Source of the DNA: Candidatus Enterousia sp.
GTDB taxonomy: Bacteria; Pseudomonadota; Alphaproteobacteria; Rs-D84
DNA length: 61,414 bases
Reading direction: 5' to 3'
Assembly (NCBI GenBank): GCA_045536625.1
Contig: JAZSNY010000018.1
Span: 1-61,414 of the forward strand
The position numbers and the translations under genes are program-made. Positions 1 to 8,857 of this stretch are shown here, piece by piece. Every line of letters starts with the position of its first letter. Within the stretch, counting starts at the first letter, position 1. Under the pieces are notes generated by a model, which worked only from the letters and a program-made list of their open reading frames with translations, searched no databases and was not told where the DNA came from.

Positions 1-303
<303 letters not shown>

Positions 304-401
304 TTACATTTTTAAAAACTATAAATCACGATGTATAAAAAATCAAGACAGGCCAACAAATTTATTTGATTTATCGTATATTGTGGTATTATGTGCCCAC
401 T

Positions 402-746
402 ATGATACGTGATACAATAAAAAGACATGAAGATTTTGCCATGGGGCCAAATGACCCCGTGGGTAAGTGTGCGTACTTTCTGGTGCGGGCAAAAAAGGCA
501 AAATTCCCAGATGATGCACGATACGGCCTTATCGTCACAAAAAAGACTTTTAAACATGCCGTTGACAGGAATCGTGCGAAACGTTTAATCCGGGATTGGA
601 TTGCCTTTAATGAACATATGATGCGACCAGAATGGGATTACGTGTTTGTTATTCGTCGTGGAATACTGGATGCAGACCGTACGTCCGGTCGCGTCGCAAT
701 GAAAAAGGCCTTGAACTATCTGCGCAAACAAGAAATCAATGAATAA
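402..746 (+). CDS. rnpA: Ribonuclease P protein component
   Basis: Basic 114-aa protein with ...GLIVTKKTFKHAVDRNRAKRLIRDW... (RNR-like motif), followed by an overlapping yidD. Start moved to the internal ATG at 402 because the upstream extension is hydrophobic nonsense. Confidence 0.85.
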   Translation: MIRDTIKRHEDFAMGPNDPVGKCAYFLVRAKKAKFPDDARYGLIVTKKTFKHAVDRNRAKRLIRDWIAFNEHMMRPEWDYVFVIRRGILDADRTSGRVAMKKALNYLRKQEINE

Positions 747-975
747 AAAACAATCTTTATCTGGACGTGTGGCCGTTGCAATGGTGCGTGCATATCAATT
801 TGCCATTTCTCCAATCATTGGGGGCAGGGCCGCATGTCGCTTTGTCCCGACATGCAGTGAATATACGCGACAAGCCATTGAAAAATATGGCGCTTTGCGC
901 GGCGTTTGGTTGGGAATAAAACGTATGTCACGTTGCAGACCCGGTGGAGGGTGCGGTTATGACCCCATACCTTGA
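739..975 (+). CDS. yidD: Membrane protein insertion efficiency factor YidD
   Basis: 78 aa containing AISPIIGGRAACRFVPTCSEYTRQAIEKYG...CRPGGGCGYDPIP, the canonical YidD signature. Overlaps rnpA by 8 nt. Confidence 0.9.
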   Translation: MNKKQSLSGRVAVAMVRAYQFAISPIIGGRAACRFVPTCSEYTRQAIEKYGALRGVWLGIKRMSRCRPGGGCGYDPIP

Positions 976-1042
976 CAACGAGGGATAATGTGATACAATT
1001 TTATTCCATGCGAGACAGTTAATTATAAAATAAGGATAAAAA

Positions 1043-1486
1043 ATGTCATTTCGTGCAACCGTGGAGTCTATGTCAAAAATCATGGACGATATGGGGATTA
1101 CAGAATTGAATTTGGAACGTCAATTCTTGTTTGGTTTATATCGCAAACATATTCATCTATCAAAACAAAAAAACGCTGCGGTTTCGACGCCTGTTGCCCA
1201 GGTCGCAGAGGTAAAAACAATAAATAATGATGCAGGCACAAACGTGATTAATGGCCATGTGTTGAAATCGCCAATGGTTGGGGTTGTATATTTGGCACCA
1301 GAGCCTGGGGTAGATACATTTGTATCAGTTGGTCAGTCGGTCAAGGCGGGGGATACAGTCGCCTTGGTCGAAGCAATGAAAACATTCAACCCAATTAAAT
1401 CTGACAAAGATGGCGTTATCAAAGAAATATTGGTAACAGACGGTGCAGCGGTTGAATTTGATCAACCTTTAATCGTAATTGAATAA
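1043..1486 (+). CDS. accB: Biotin carboxyl carrier protein of acetyl-CoA carboxylase
   Basis: C-terminal biotinyl domain with [11 protein letters not shown] (EAMK biotinylation motif). Directly upstream of and overlapping accC. Confidence 0.9.
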   Translation: MSFRATVESMSKIMDDMGITELNLERQFLFGLYRKHIHLSKQKNAAVSTPVAQVAEVKTINNDAGTNVINGHVLKSPMVGVVYLAPEPGVDTFVSVGQSVKAGDTVALVEAMKTFNPIKSDKDGVIKEILVTDGAAVEFDQPLIVIE

Positions 1487-2834
1487 AATGTCACAAATCA
1501 AAAAAGTTTTAATTGCCAATCGCGGGGAAATTGCCCTGCGCATCATTCGTGCGTGTCGCGATATGGGAATTCGTACTGTTGCGATATACTCAACCGCGGA
1601 CAGGGATGCAATGCATGTACAACTGGCAGATGAATCTGTGTGTATTGGACCGGCCCCGGCACGCGATTCTTATTTAAACGAATCTGCTATTTTGACGGCC
1701 GCTTTGTTAACAAACGCAGATGCAATACACCCGGGATATGGTTTTTTATCAGAACGTGCCGACTTTGCGCAAAAGGTCGAACAACACGGTATGATTTGGG
1801 TTGGACCATCGCCAGATATGATTACAAAAATGGGCGACAAGGTTAATGCAAAACGTACCGCAATTGAGTGTGGTTTGCCGGTTGTACCGGGGTCAGATGG
1901 CGCGTTGGAATCATTGGAACACGCATTGGATGTGGCCGAAAAAATTGGATATCCCATTATATTAAAAACAACATCCAATGATGGTGGTCGCGGCATGCGA
2001 CCGGTTAGCTGCGCCAATGATATGGCCGAAGCGTATCAATTAACAAAAAACGAAGCAAAATCTGCATTTGGTGATGATACGCTGTATATGGAAAAACTGT
2101 TGACGCACCCACGACACATTGAATTTCAGGTTTTGGGGGATAAACACGGCAATGTTGTTATCTTTGGTGAACGCGACTGTTCACTGCAAAGACGTAATCA
2201 AAAGGTTATGGAAGAATGTCCCGCCGCCATCCTATCACAAAAACAGCGCGACGATATGATTGAAGTCTGCAAGAGCGCCGCAAAAAAAATGGGATATACC
2301 AATGCCGGAACATTTGAATTTATGTTTGAAGATGGTAAATTCTATTTCCTTGAAATGAATACACGATTACAGGTTGAACATCCGGTAACGGAAATGGTAT
2401 ATGGTGTGGACCTGGTTCGGGAACAAATTCGTATCGCAGGCGGTGAAAAGTTGGGATACAATCAATCAAATGTTATTCCAAATGGTCATGCAATTGAATT
2501 TCGTATTAATGCCGAAGATCCGGAAACTTTTGTTCCAAACCCGGGCAAAATTACATTGTATGCACCGTCTGGCGGGTTGGGGGTGCGCGTTGACAGTGCG
2601 GTTTACACCGGATACACAATCCCACCAACGTATGATTCTATGATTGCCAAGTTGATTGTTCACGCACAAAACCGACCGGCATGTATTATGCGTGCAGGTC
2701 GTGCATTAGACGAATTTGTTATCGAAGGGGTAAAAACAACCATACCTTTGCAAAGAAAACTGTTGAATAACAAGGATGTAAAACAGTTAAAATTTGATAA
2801 TAAATGGTTGGAAAAAATTTTAAATAAAGATTAA
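1479..2834 (+). CDS. accC: Biotin carboxylase
   Basis: 451 aa with N-terminal [23 protein letters not shown], an ATP-grasp core and [14 protein letters not shown]. Confidence 0.97.
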   Translation: MNKMSQIKKVLIANRGEIALRIIRACRDMGIRTVAIYSTADRDAMHVQLADESVCIGPAPARDSYLNESAILTAALLTNADAIHPGYGFLSERADFAQKVEQHGMIWVGPSPDMITKMGDKVNAKRTAIECGLPVVPGSDGALESLEHALDVAEKIGYPIILKTTSNDGGRGMRPVSCANDMAEAYQLTKNEAKSAFGDDTLYMEKLLTHPRHIEFQVLGDKHGNVVIFGERDCSLQRRNQKVMEECPAAILSQKQRDDMIEVCKSAAKKMGYTNAGTFEFMFEDGKFYFLEMNTRLQVEHPVTEMVYGVDLVREQIRIAGGEKLGYNQSNVIPNGHAIEFRINAEDPETFVPNPGKITLYAPSGGLGVRVDSAVYTGYTIPPTYDSMIAKLIVHAQNRPACIMRAGRALDEFVIEGVKTTIPLQRKLLNNKDVKQLKFDNKWLEKILNKD

Positions 2835-2835
2835 C

Positions 2836-2863
2836 AAAAAGCCGGCAAACACCGGCTTTTTTT
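2836..2863. terminator. Bidirectional intrinsic terminator between accC and the mini-HTH gene
   Basis: AAAAA-GCCGG-caaaca-CCGGC-TTTTTTT; the stem is flanked by an A-tract and a T-tract. Confidence 0.7.
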
Positions 2864-3050
2864 ATAACAAAGATTCCAGAGGATGACGCGTTATGGATAT
2901 AAACATTACTAACTGATATATTGTGGGGTGTATATGATTGTAAATGATATTACGGTATTCTGATTCTGTAACCCCCATTGTATTACAGACCTCAATTACT
3001 GATAAATTTCGCAATGTACGAATATATTCAATTTCATGTCCCAAAGTCAT
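2862..3050 (-). CDS. Mini HTH (XRE/Cro-like) protein, copy A
   Basis: 62 aa, MTLGHEIEYIRTLRNLSVIEVCNTMGVTESEYRNII...PTIYQ. Paralogous to the ORF at 19150-19335 (shared GH-IE-IR...PTIYQ...PLE pattern). Start set at the second ATG, which has GGGGA 6 nt upstream. Confidence 0.6.
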   Translation of the reverse strand: MTLGHEIEYIRTLRNLSVIEVCNTMGVTESEYRNIIYNHIHPTIYQLVMFISITRHPLESLL

Positions 3051-3071
3051 TTCCATTCCCCAGTTTTTCTA

Positions 3072-3242
3072 AAATAAAAAACCACCTTGGAATAGGGTGG
3101 TTGGAGGTAGAAATCACGACACTTCGTGGCTCGGGTATTCAATGTATTAACCGACCTCCAACCACGGGTTGGAGCAATTAACGCCTGCGCAGGCGAGTGT
3201 GTCGCGAGATTTCTAGCCTCGCATAATAGGTGCCCTATTACA
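3072..3242 (-). ncRNA. Structured leader/sRNA, copy A of a 4-member family (ends approximate)
   Basis: Has its own promoter and the terminator AACCACC/GGUGGUU + U-run. Helices: UAGAAAUC..CGACAC / GUGUCG..GAUUUCUA and CUCCAACC/GGUUGGAG, followed by a 3' CCUCCAACC. Same architecture as the copies at 19358, 19572 and 61160. Confidence 0.55.
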
Positions 3243-3248
3243 ATCGGT

Positions 3249-3278
3249 ATTGTATCCCATAACAAATATCATTTGCAA
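3249..3278 (-). promoter_or_regulatory. Sigma70-like promoter for RNA copy A
   Basis: On the minus strand: TTGCAA (3278-3273), 18-nt spacer, TACAAT (3254-3249). Confidence 0.45.
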
Positions 3279-3300
3279 TTATATTTTTCTTTGTTATAAT
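3273..3300 (+). promoter_or_regulatory. Sigma70-like promoter for tRNA-Val
   Basis: TTGCAA (3273-3278), 16-nt spacer, TATAAT (3295-3300), ending 13 nt before the tRNA 5' end. The -35 hexamer is palindromic and shared with the divergent promoter. Confidence 0.5.
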
Positions 3301-3313
3301 GGGCGCGATTTAC

Positions 3314-3390
3314 GGGTGGTTAGCTCAGTTGGTTAGAGCGTTACGTTGACATCGTAAAGGTCGTTGGTTCGAGTCCAATATCACCCACCA
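3314..3390 (+). tRNA. tRNA-Val (anticodon GAC)
   Basis: Folded by hand into a 77-nt cloverleaf: acceptor GGGTGGT/ATCACCC, anticodon loop TTGACAT, T-loop TTCGAGT, encoded CCA. Confidence 0.95.
3375..3390 (+). repeat. attL-like direct repeat (inside tRNA-Val)
   Basis: 16 nt, with one mismatch to 11940-11955. Weaker similarity extends about 9 nt further upstream (GGTTCGAGTC vs GGTTTCTGAC). Confidence 0.6.
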
Positions 3391-3533
3391 TGAATTTTCC
3401 TTGAATTTCCATAAAAGTGTTATATTATTGATAAAAAGTCGCACAAAGCCAAAACATGCGGTTTTCTGGGCTTTTTTACACGTTTGCCGCTGTGAAAAAA
3501 TAGGCAAAATTTATTTTCATGGTGGTGTGACCA

Positions 3534-5324
3534 GTGGTGAGACGTGTAAATATAAAAAATTTAGTACTTCGTGATGGTGTGTACTATTTTCGGATGGCAG
3601 TAAAACGGCCAGACGGTTCATTCAAATCCGTACGGCAAAGTTTGGGTACAACCGACTTTGATGCCGCTGTGGTGAAAATGATAAATCAAAGGAGACTGTA
3701 CATGTTGATTGCCGGACTAGATATACCAGATAACTACGACAAATCCATACGTGACATCAATGATTATAAGTCACGTATCTCAGAAAATGACGATGTTGCA
3801 AACAATGTTATAGCAAAAGAATTTGAACATTTGTCTGACGAAGAGTTAGTTGACCGTTTGGTGCGTTGCCAAGAGATAATAGAAGCATGCCACGGGGAAG
3901 AACAGCCGGCAGGGAAGAATATACTAAACACCTTGAAATTTGTATTACTTGAAGCAAACAAATTGCAAATCGCCTATAATGACCGTTATAAGAATGAAGT
4001 AATGGCGGCAACCGGCATGGCCCCCGAAGAAAATTTTGAATTTGTCCCACATATCTATAAATTATACGAATTTGCAATGTCAAAAATAGGTGCAAGGTGT
4101 AAAAATTTATTAGAATTAGAAGATAGATATAAAGCGGTTTGCGTGCCTTTGACAACTGCGCCCGCCGCTAGATATTTACAGACTATCGCGCAGCCCATTC
4201 CGACACCCCAACATTCCATCAGTACCATAGTCGCAGAAATGACAGAAAGGAACGCAGAGTCACATAAAGAACGTACGATGGATAACATTGCTCGTTGGCT
4301 CAAGACGGTTGGTCTAACTCTTGACGACACATACGATAAAATCAACAATCCAACAATTATATCTCAGATTGCGAAAAATATCAAAAACGCAACCGGTATG
4401 AATCGCGACACAAAAAATGAATATTTAGGGCAGTTTGAAAAATTGGTAAATCAAGCACATTTGAAAGAGCCAGACTATTACTTGAAAGAAAAGCTTATCT
4501 ACCCGCTTGGAAGATTGAAAAAAGCGACTAAAAACGATAAAAAAGCATATGGAATGTTTAGTGATAGCACACTGGCAAATATATTTGATACCAACAATAC
4601 TTGTTTCAAACGATATCCGGAAATGTTTTTGGCTGATTTGATAGGGTTGTATTCTGGCTCACGGACAACGGCTGCTATTACATTACAGTTTGGCGACATC
4701 AAGCAACTATATGGCTGTTGGTGTATTGATTTTTGCTGCAATAACGATTTCAAACGTCTGAAGAATGAAGCAACCGAGCGTGAGTGGCCAATGCCAAAAC
4801 AGTTGGTTGACTGGGGATTGCCAGAACTTATAAAAAAGAAACAGAAACAAATCAATGCCAAGGATACTGATTTCATTTTTATGCGCACAAACCTATTTTT
4901 GACAGACGAAAAACAAAGAAAATCAACAAATACTACAAGCCAGAGAACGAAAAAAGAACCTGCCGCAAAGTGGTTCGGTCCACAAAAATCATATTGGACA
5001 AAACAATTGAATATCACAGATACAGAAAAAAAGAGATTTGGCTTTCATTCGTTTCGTAAAACAGCCAGCCATACCGCCTCTAAATTTGGGATTAGCGAAG
5101 AAATGAAAAATAAACTTATTGGCTGGGAAGGGACGACCACTCAACAAAGATTTTATTCCGAAAAAGAATTTTTAGAAATAAAAGAAAACTCTGACAAAAT
5201 GTATTATCCAGAAGATGTTTTGCATTTGGACGAATGGAAGCCGGTCATTCATGATTTGTATTTACACCCAGAAAAAATCAGTAAACAACGTGGAAAATAT
5301 AAACCGAAAATAAAAACAGACTAA
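3534..5324 (+). CDS. Tyrosine recombinase / phage-type integrase (long, 596 aa)
   Basis: N-terminal RDGVYYFRMAVKRPDG is arm-type-like. The C-terminus has GFHSFRKTASH (HxxR), LIGWEG and RFY (catalytic Tyr region). Adjacent to the tRNA. Start is GTG; the exact start is uncertain. Confidence 0.8.
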   Translation: MVRRVNIKNLVLRDGVYYFRMAVKRPDGSFKSVRQSLGTTDFDAAVVKMINQRRLYMLIAGLDIPDNYDKSIRDINDYKSRISENDDVANNVIAKEFEHLSDEELVDRLVRCQEIIEACHGEEQPAGKNILNTLKFVLLEANKLQIAYNDRYKNEVMAATGMAPEENFEFVPHIYKLYEFAMSKIGARCKNLLELEDRYKAVCVPLTTAPAARYLQTIAQPIPTPQHSISTIVAEMTERNAESHKERTMDNIARWLKTVGLTLDDTYDKINNPTIISQIAKNIKNATGMNRDTKNEYLGQFEKLVNQAHLKEPDYYLKEKLIYPLGRLKKATKNDKKAYGMFSDSTLANIFDTNNTCFKRYPEMFLADLIGLYSGSRTTAAITLQFGDIKQLYGCWCIDFCCNNDFKRLKNEATEREWPMPKQLVDWGLPELIKKKQKQINAKDTDFIFMRTNLFLTDEKQRKSTNTTSQRTKKEPAAKWFGPQKSYWTKQLNITDTEKKRFGFHSFRKTASHTASKFGISEEMKNKLIGWEGTTTQQRFYSEKEFLEIKENSDKMYYPEDVLHLDEWKPVIHDLYLHPEKISKQRGKYKPKIKTD

Positions 5325-5352
5325 AAACTGGGGGCTAATCAAGCCCCCGATG
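5325..5352. terminator. Bidirectional hairpin between the convergent integrase and recombinase genes
   Basis: GGGGGC-taatcaa-GCCCCC (5330-5348). Confidence 0.55.
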
Positions 5353-5904
5353 TTATTTCATATAATTATATACCGAAGCACGTGATATACCGTATCTTTT
5401 CTGTGCTTCTTTTATGCTAATGCGGCCCGTAGATACTAACTCTTTCAATTCTGTTGCATCATATTCAGATAATTTTTTGGAACCGCCTTTGAATTTGCCT
5501 TTTGCCTTAGCGATAGCGATGCCTTCGGTCTGACGGGTTTTGATAAGCGAACGTTCAAATTCTGCAATAGCCCCCAAAATCTGCAGCATCAGATTATTCA
5601 AACTATTTTCTTTATTCGGTTCAAATTTTAGATTTTCCTTTTTGAATTCTACAGAACAACCAGATTCAGTGATTTTTTTTACCAATTCCAACAGGTCAAA
5701 TGTATTTCTTGCCAAGCGGTCCAATGAATGACATGTGATACTGTCGCCGACGCGCAGATTGTCCATCATGGCTTTCAGTTGTGGACGGTCTGCATCTTTA
5801 CCGGAACACTTGTCAACGTATGTTCTATCATATTGTTCAGTATCTACTAATTGGCGTTCTTCATTTTGACCTACTGACGAAACGCGAGCGTATAAAAATT
5901 TCAT
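5353..5904 (-). CDS. Serine recombinase (resolvase/invertase family)
   Basis: MKFLYARVSSVGQNEERQ (catalytic Ser motif), a 183-aa size, and a C-terminal HTH ISIKEAQKRYGISRASVYNYMK. Start moved to the internal ATG at 5904. Confidence 0.9.
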   Translation of the reverse strand: MKFLYARVSSVGQNEERQLVDTEQYDRTYVDKCSGKDADRPQLKAMMDNLRVGDSITCHSLDRLARNTFDLLELVKKITESGCSVEFKKENLKFEPNKENSLNNLMLQILGAIAEFERSLIKTRQTEGIAIAKAKGKFKGGSKKLSEYDATELKELVSTGRISIKEAQKRYGISRASVYNYMK

Positions 5905-5917
5905 TTTCTTGTCCTTT

Positions 5918-6062
5918 TTGTCTAAACTATATCCTTGTGTTTGATTAGATTTTACAATATTGTGTATAAAAGTCAAGAAAATAACTCTGTTTAGACAATT
6001 TTTATTTTTCTAGCCTGCGTATGCTCGCTTAGACCTTGCTTGGACATCAAAAAAGCTGTCCA
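5918..6062. promoter_or_regulatory. Recombinase promoter flanked by TGTCY inverted repeats (res/operator-like)
   Basis: TTGTCTAAAC (5918-5927) and GTTTAGACAA (5989-5998) bracket the minus-strand promoter TTGACT-16-TAAAAT (5976-5949). A second site is TGGACA-N10-TGTCCA (6041-6062). Confidence 0.4.
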
Positions 6063-6300
6063 TTCAGGGTGGTTTGAGACAACAAACGTAATTTATTCGG
6101 TCAATAAATAACGGATAATTGATAAATTGGTTTGGGCTTGAAATTGATTAATCTAATTGATACACTATGAATTGAATCCATAGGGATATGGGTTCGGGGC
6201 TGTCACAAGCCTAGTATATCCGGTGCAAAATGCTGATGGCATCGTTATCCGATGTCATTCCTGTGGTTTTGTGTCGTTATTTATCCCTGACTTGCTAAGT

Positions 6301-6425
6301 CGGGGAGCTGTTTGCTATACAACAGGGGCAACCCAAAGGCAACAGAATCAACGATATACTGATTTGTGAACTCCCCGGCCGCCTGATGTCCCATGGCGGT
6401 CTAATTTTATACATGGGAGTTATAC
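6301..6425 (+). promoter_or_regulatory. Structured 5' leader of the lipoprotein/Slam operon
   Basis: CGGGGAG (6301-6307) pairs with CUCCCCG (6371-6377), enclosing CUGUUUGC/GCAACAG. A hairpin GGCCGCC/GGCGGUC (6377-6401) is followed by a U-rich run. Loop UCCCAUG (6389-6395) is complementary to CAUGGGA (6412-6418), which covers the SD. Confidence 0.35.
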
Positions 6426-7475
6426 ATGAAAAAACTTGCGATTTTGACATCTGTTCTGGCACTGGCTGCATGTGGTGGCGGCAGCGGTGGTTCAGATGGT
6501 GGATACACAGGCGACCCAACACCAGACACACCAATCGTTGATACAGACACACCGAATACGGGCGATAATACCGGTGGCGAAAATAACAACGGTAATGATA
6601 CAAACAATCCAGGGTCAGATTCTGGAAATGAAGACGATACAACAAATCCTGACTTACCTGAAATAGATGGTTTTTTATCAGTTGAAAATGTCACATTTGG
6701 TGGCGGGCTTTCCATACAAACCAATGCCAAAGGACAAATCGTTGCACTGGCAGAAACTTGGGAAACCCCAGAAGGCGAAACAAACAGTGTCACATATCAT
6801 ATCGTTCCAGAAACAGGCAAGATTTCAAGTGTAGAATATCCTGATGGCGAAAATGAAGGAGTATTAGAAGACGGTGCGGTTCAACTTTATGGCAGACATG
6901 TTGGGCTGAAATTTGCCGACTTTGGTATGATGTATGTAAAAGAGATAGCACCAGGATATGGAACAGATACAACATGGTCAGCACTGTTGGCAGGCAATCC
7001 AGACAAAGAAATCCAAACAATCAATGGGACAAAGGCATTTACTGGTGCCGCAGTGGCTGTAATTGGGGCCGACAGTTATACAGATGGCTCGGATGTGATG
7101 ATAACAAACACAGACGATGCAAATCTGGTATTCAATGGTACAACAGGGGAATACACACTGGCAATGGATTTTACAAAATCTGATGCGGACAAATGGTATA
7201 AGGTCACACTCAACAATGCCACCGATAGCACAGGGCAAACAGTGGTGTTTTCTAATCCAAACAACGTATCCATAAATGATACATTTACACTGGCGAACGT
7301 GTCAGAACGTATTTCTATGGACGATATGGATGGCGCGTTTGTTTCGGTGAATTTTTATGGTGAAGACACCACAGCCAGTGAAGCGACCGCTGAACTTGGG
7401 GTGTATGACCTGGAAGGTGCGATTGGCAATACCGTTCATTTCCATTCTACGTTCGGTGGGAAAGTGGCCCAATAA
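6426..7475 (+). CDS. Surface lipoprotein candidate 1 (putative Slam substrate)
   Basis: Lipobox LALAAC followed by GGGSGGS, a D/T/N/G/P-rich linker, and a beta-rich C-terminus ending HFHSTFGGKVAQ (the TbpB/fHbp-type barrel end as I recall it). Stop abuts the Slam start. Confidence 0.6.
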   Translation: MKKLAILTSVLALAACGGGSGGSDGGYTGDPTPDTPIVDTDTPNTGDNTGGENNNGNDTNNPGSDSGNEDDTTNPDLPEIDGFLSVENVTFGGGLSIQTNAKGQIVALAETWETPEGETNSVTYHIVPETGKISSVEYPDGENEGVLEDGAVQLYGRHVGLKFADFGMMYVKEIAPGYGTDTTWSALLAGNPDKEIQTINGTKAFTGAAVAVIGADSYTDGSDVMITNTDDANLVFNGTTGEYTLAMDFTKSDADKWYKVTLNNATDSTGQTVVFSNPNNVSINDTFTLANVSERISMDDMDGAFVSVNFYGEDTTASEATAELGVYDLEGAIGNTVHFHSTFGGKVAQ

Positions 7476-8834
7476 ATGCGTCTGTATTGTTTAATCTTTG
7501 CGTTGGTTATGGTTTTGCCTGGGGTGACCTGGGCAAAATCTGATACCAAAACAAAAAATACCCCAAAAGAAATCACCATGACCACGACACAGGCAATGCA
7601 ACTGGCCGGAACAATGGTTGACAATGGGGATTATGACCATGCGCTGCAAATCCTAACCCAGACCCCAAAAATGAATAATGTGGCATTGGAAATAGAGCGA
7701 TGGTTTTTATTGGCGCAGATTGCCCAAAAACGCGGTGATTATGAATCCGCAATCAAGATATATCGCAAGATACTGGACGACCAACCAAACCTGGCGCGCA
7801 TACGCTTTGAACTGGCAACATGTTATATGCACACCGAACAATGGTCACGTGCCGACTATCATCTGCGCCTTGCCATGGCGGGAAAAGATTTGCCGGAAAA
7901 TGCACGTGGGCTTATGAACTATTACCGGTATATAGTGCGAAAGAATAAGAATTGGAACGTATGGTTCAATATTGGGGCTGCGCCAGATAACAATGTAAAT
8001 AATGCCGCCGGTGGTCAAGAATGTGTGGCGACTATGTTCGGGCTGATGTGTCGTGATTTGAATGAACCGGAATCTGCAATCGGGACAAATCTGACCTTGG
8101 GTGGGTCTTATGAATTCAAATTGTCTGACCAGTGGCGATGGAAATCAGAAGCAAACATATACAGCAACATATATGACAAACACGAATTTGACGACATGTA
8201 CATCGGTGCATCGACTGGGCCACGCTTTGTTTGGAATCGTGGGGATGTTTGGTTGGCGGGTATTGTGGCGCGGCGTTGGTATGGGTGGGAAAAATATAAC
8301 TGGTCTGTGGGTGCACGATTGGACACAAATTATGACTTTACGCGTAGGTTGTCGGGTGGATTGTATCTGCGCGCTATGAATAACGAATATGACCTGTACG
8401 GGGATTTTTTGAGCGGTCAGACCTATTCAGCAAACACGCGCCTGACATATTCATTTAGCGCAAGTGTGTATATGAATATTCGTGCCGGCATTACCCGTGA
8501 AGACACCACCAGTCCAACATATGCATACTGGCAACCAAGTTTATCTGTAGGGGTGGGTGCAGAATTGCCATGGGGATTTCATGCGTATTTTGAACCGTCT
8601 GTGTATTGGTCGTTGTATGACGATGCGCGTTGGACGGTGGATAACAATCAATTCAAGGAAATAACCGAGCGGGACTTTACACATCGTTATGCCATGTCAC
8701 TATCAAACAACAAATTGGATATATGGGGCTTTGTACCAACAATTACATTCAGCTATACACAACGGGATTCAAATATATGGCAACGGGAATATAACAAGAC
8801 GGCAATAGAATTCACGATGCAACAAAGATTCTGA
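7476..8834 (+). CDS. Slam / DUF560 outer-membrane protein (type XI secretion, surface lipoprotein assembly modulator)
   Basis: Signal peptide; TPR-like segment LLAQIAQKRGDYESAIKIYRKILDDQPNLARIRFELATCY...DYHLRLAMAG; a long beta-barrel region rich in aromatic-x-aromatic strands; terminal QQRF. Confidence 0.7.
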   Translation: MRLYCLIFALVMVLPGVTWAKSDTKTKNTPKEITMTTTQAMQLAGTMVDNGDYDHALQILTQTPKMNNVALEIERWFLLAQIAQKRGDYESAIKIYRKILDDQPNLARIRFELATCYMHTEQWSRADYHLRLAMAGKDLPENARGLMNYYRYIVRKNKNWNVWFNIGAAPDNNVNNAAGGQECVATMFGLMCRDLNEPESAIGTNLTLGGSYEFKLSDQWRWKSEANIYSNIYDKHEFDDMYIGASTGPRFVWNRGDVWLAGIVARRWYGWEKYNWSVGARLDTNYDFTRRLSGGLYLRAMNNEYDLYGDFLSGQTYSANTRLTYSFSASVYMNIRAGITREDTTSPTYAYWQPSLSVGVGAELPWGFHAYFEPSVYWSLYDDARWTVDNNQFKEITERDFTHRYAMSLSNNKLDIWGFVPTITFSYTQRDSNIWQREYNKTAIEFTMQQRF

Positions 8835-8857
8835 TAACAACAAAAAAGGAGCAAAAC

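Noticed and set aside
6100-6425. Known riboswitch classes (cobalamin, TPP, ZTP, Mn, fluoride) upstream of the lipoprotein operon
   Set aside because: None of the diagnostic boxes I remember is present (B12 box AGYCMGGAGACCKGCC, TPP CUGAGA...ACCUGAUCUGGAUAAUGCCAGCG, ZTP CCGCCUGGGC). Only a generic structured leader can be claimed.
5353-6425. Serine recombinase acting as an invertase that flips the promoter of the Slam/lipoprotein operon (phase variation)
   Set aside because: The inverted repeats I found bracket only the recombinase's own promoter (5918-5998) and a local palindrome. No pair of inverted sites flanks a segment containing a lipoprotein-operon promoter.
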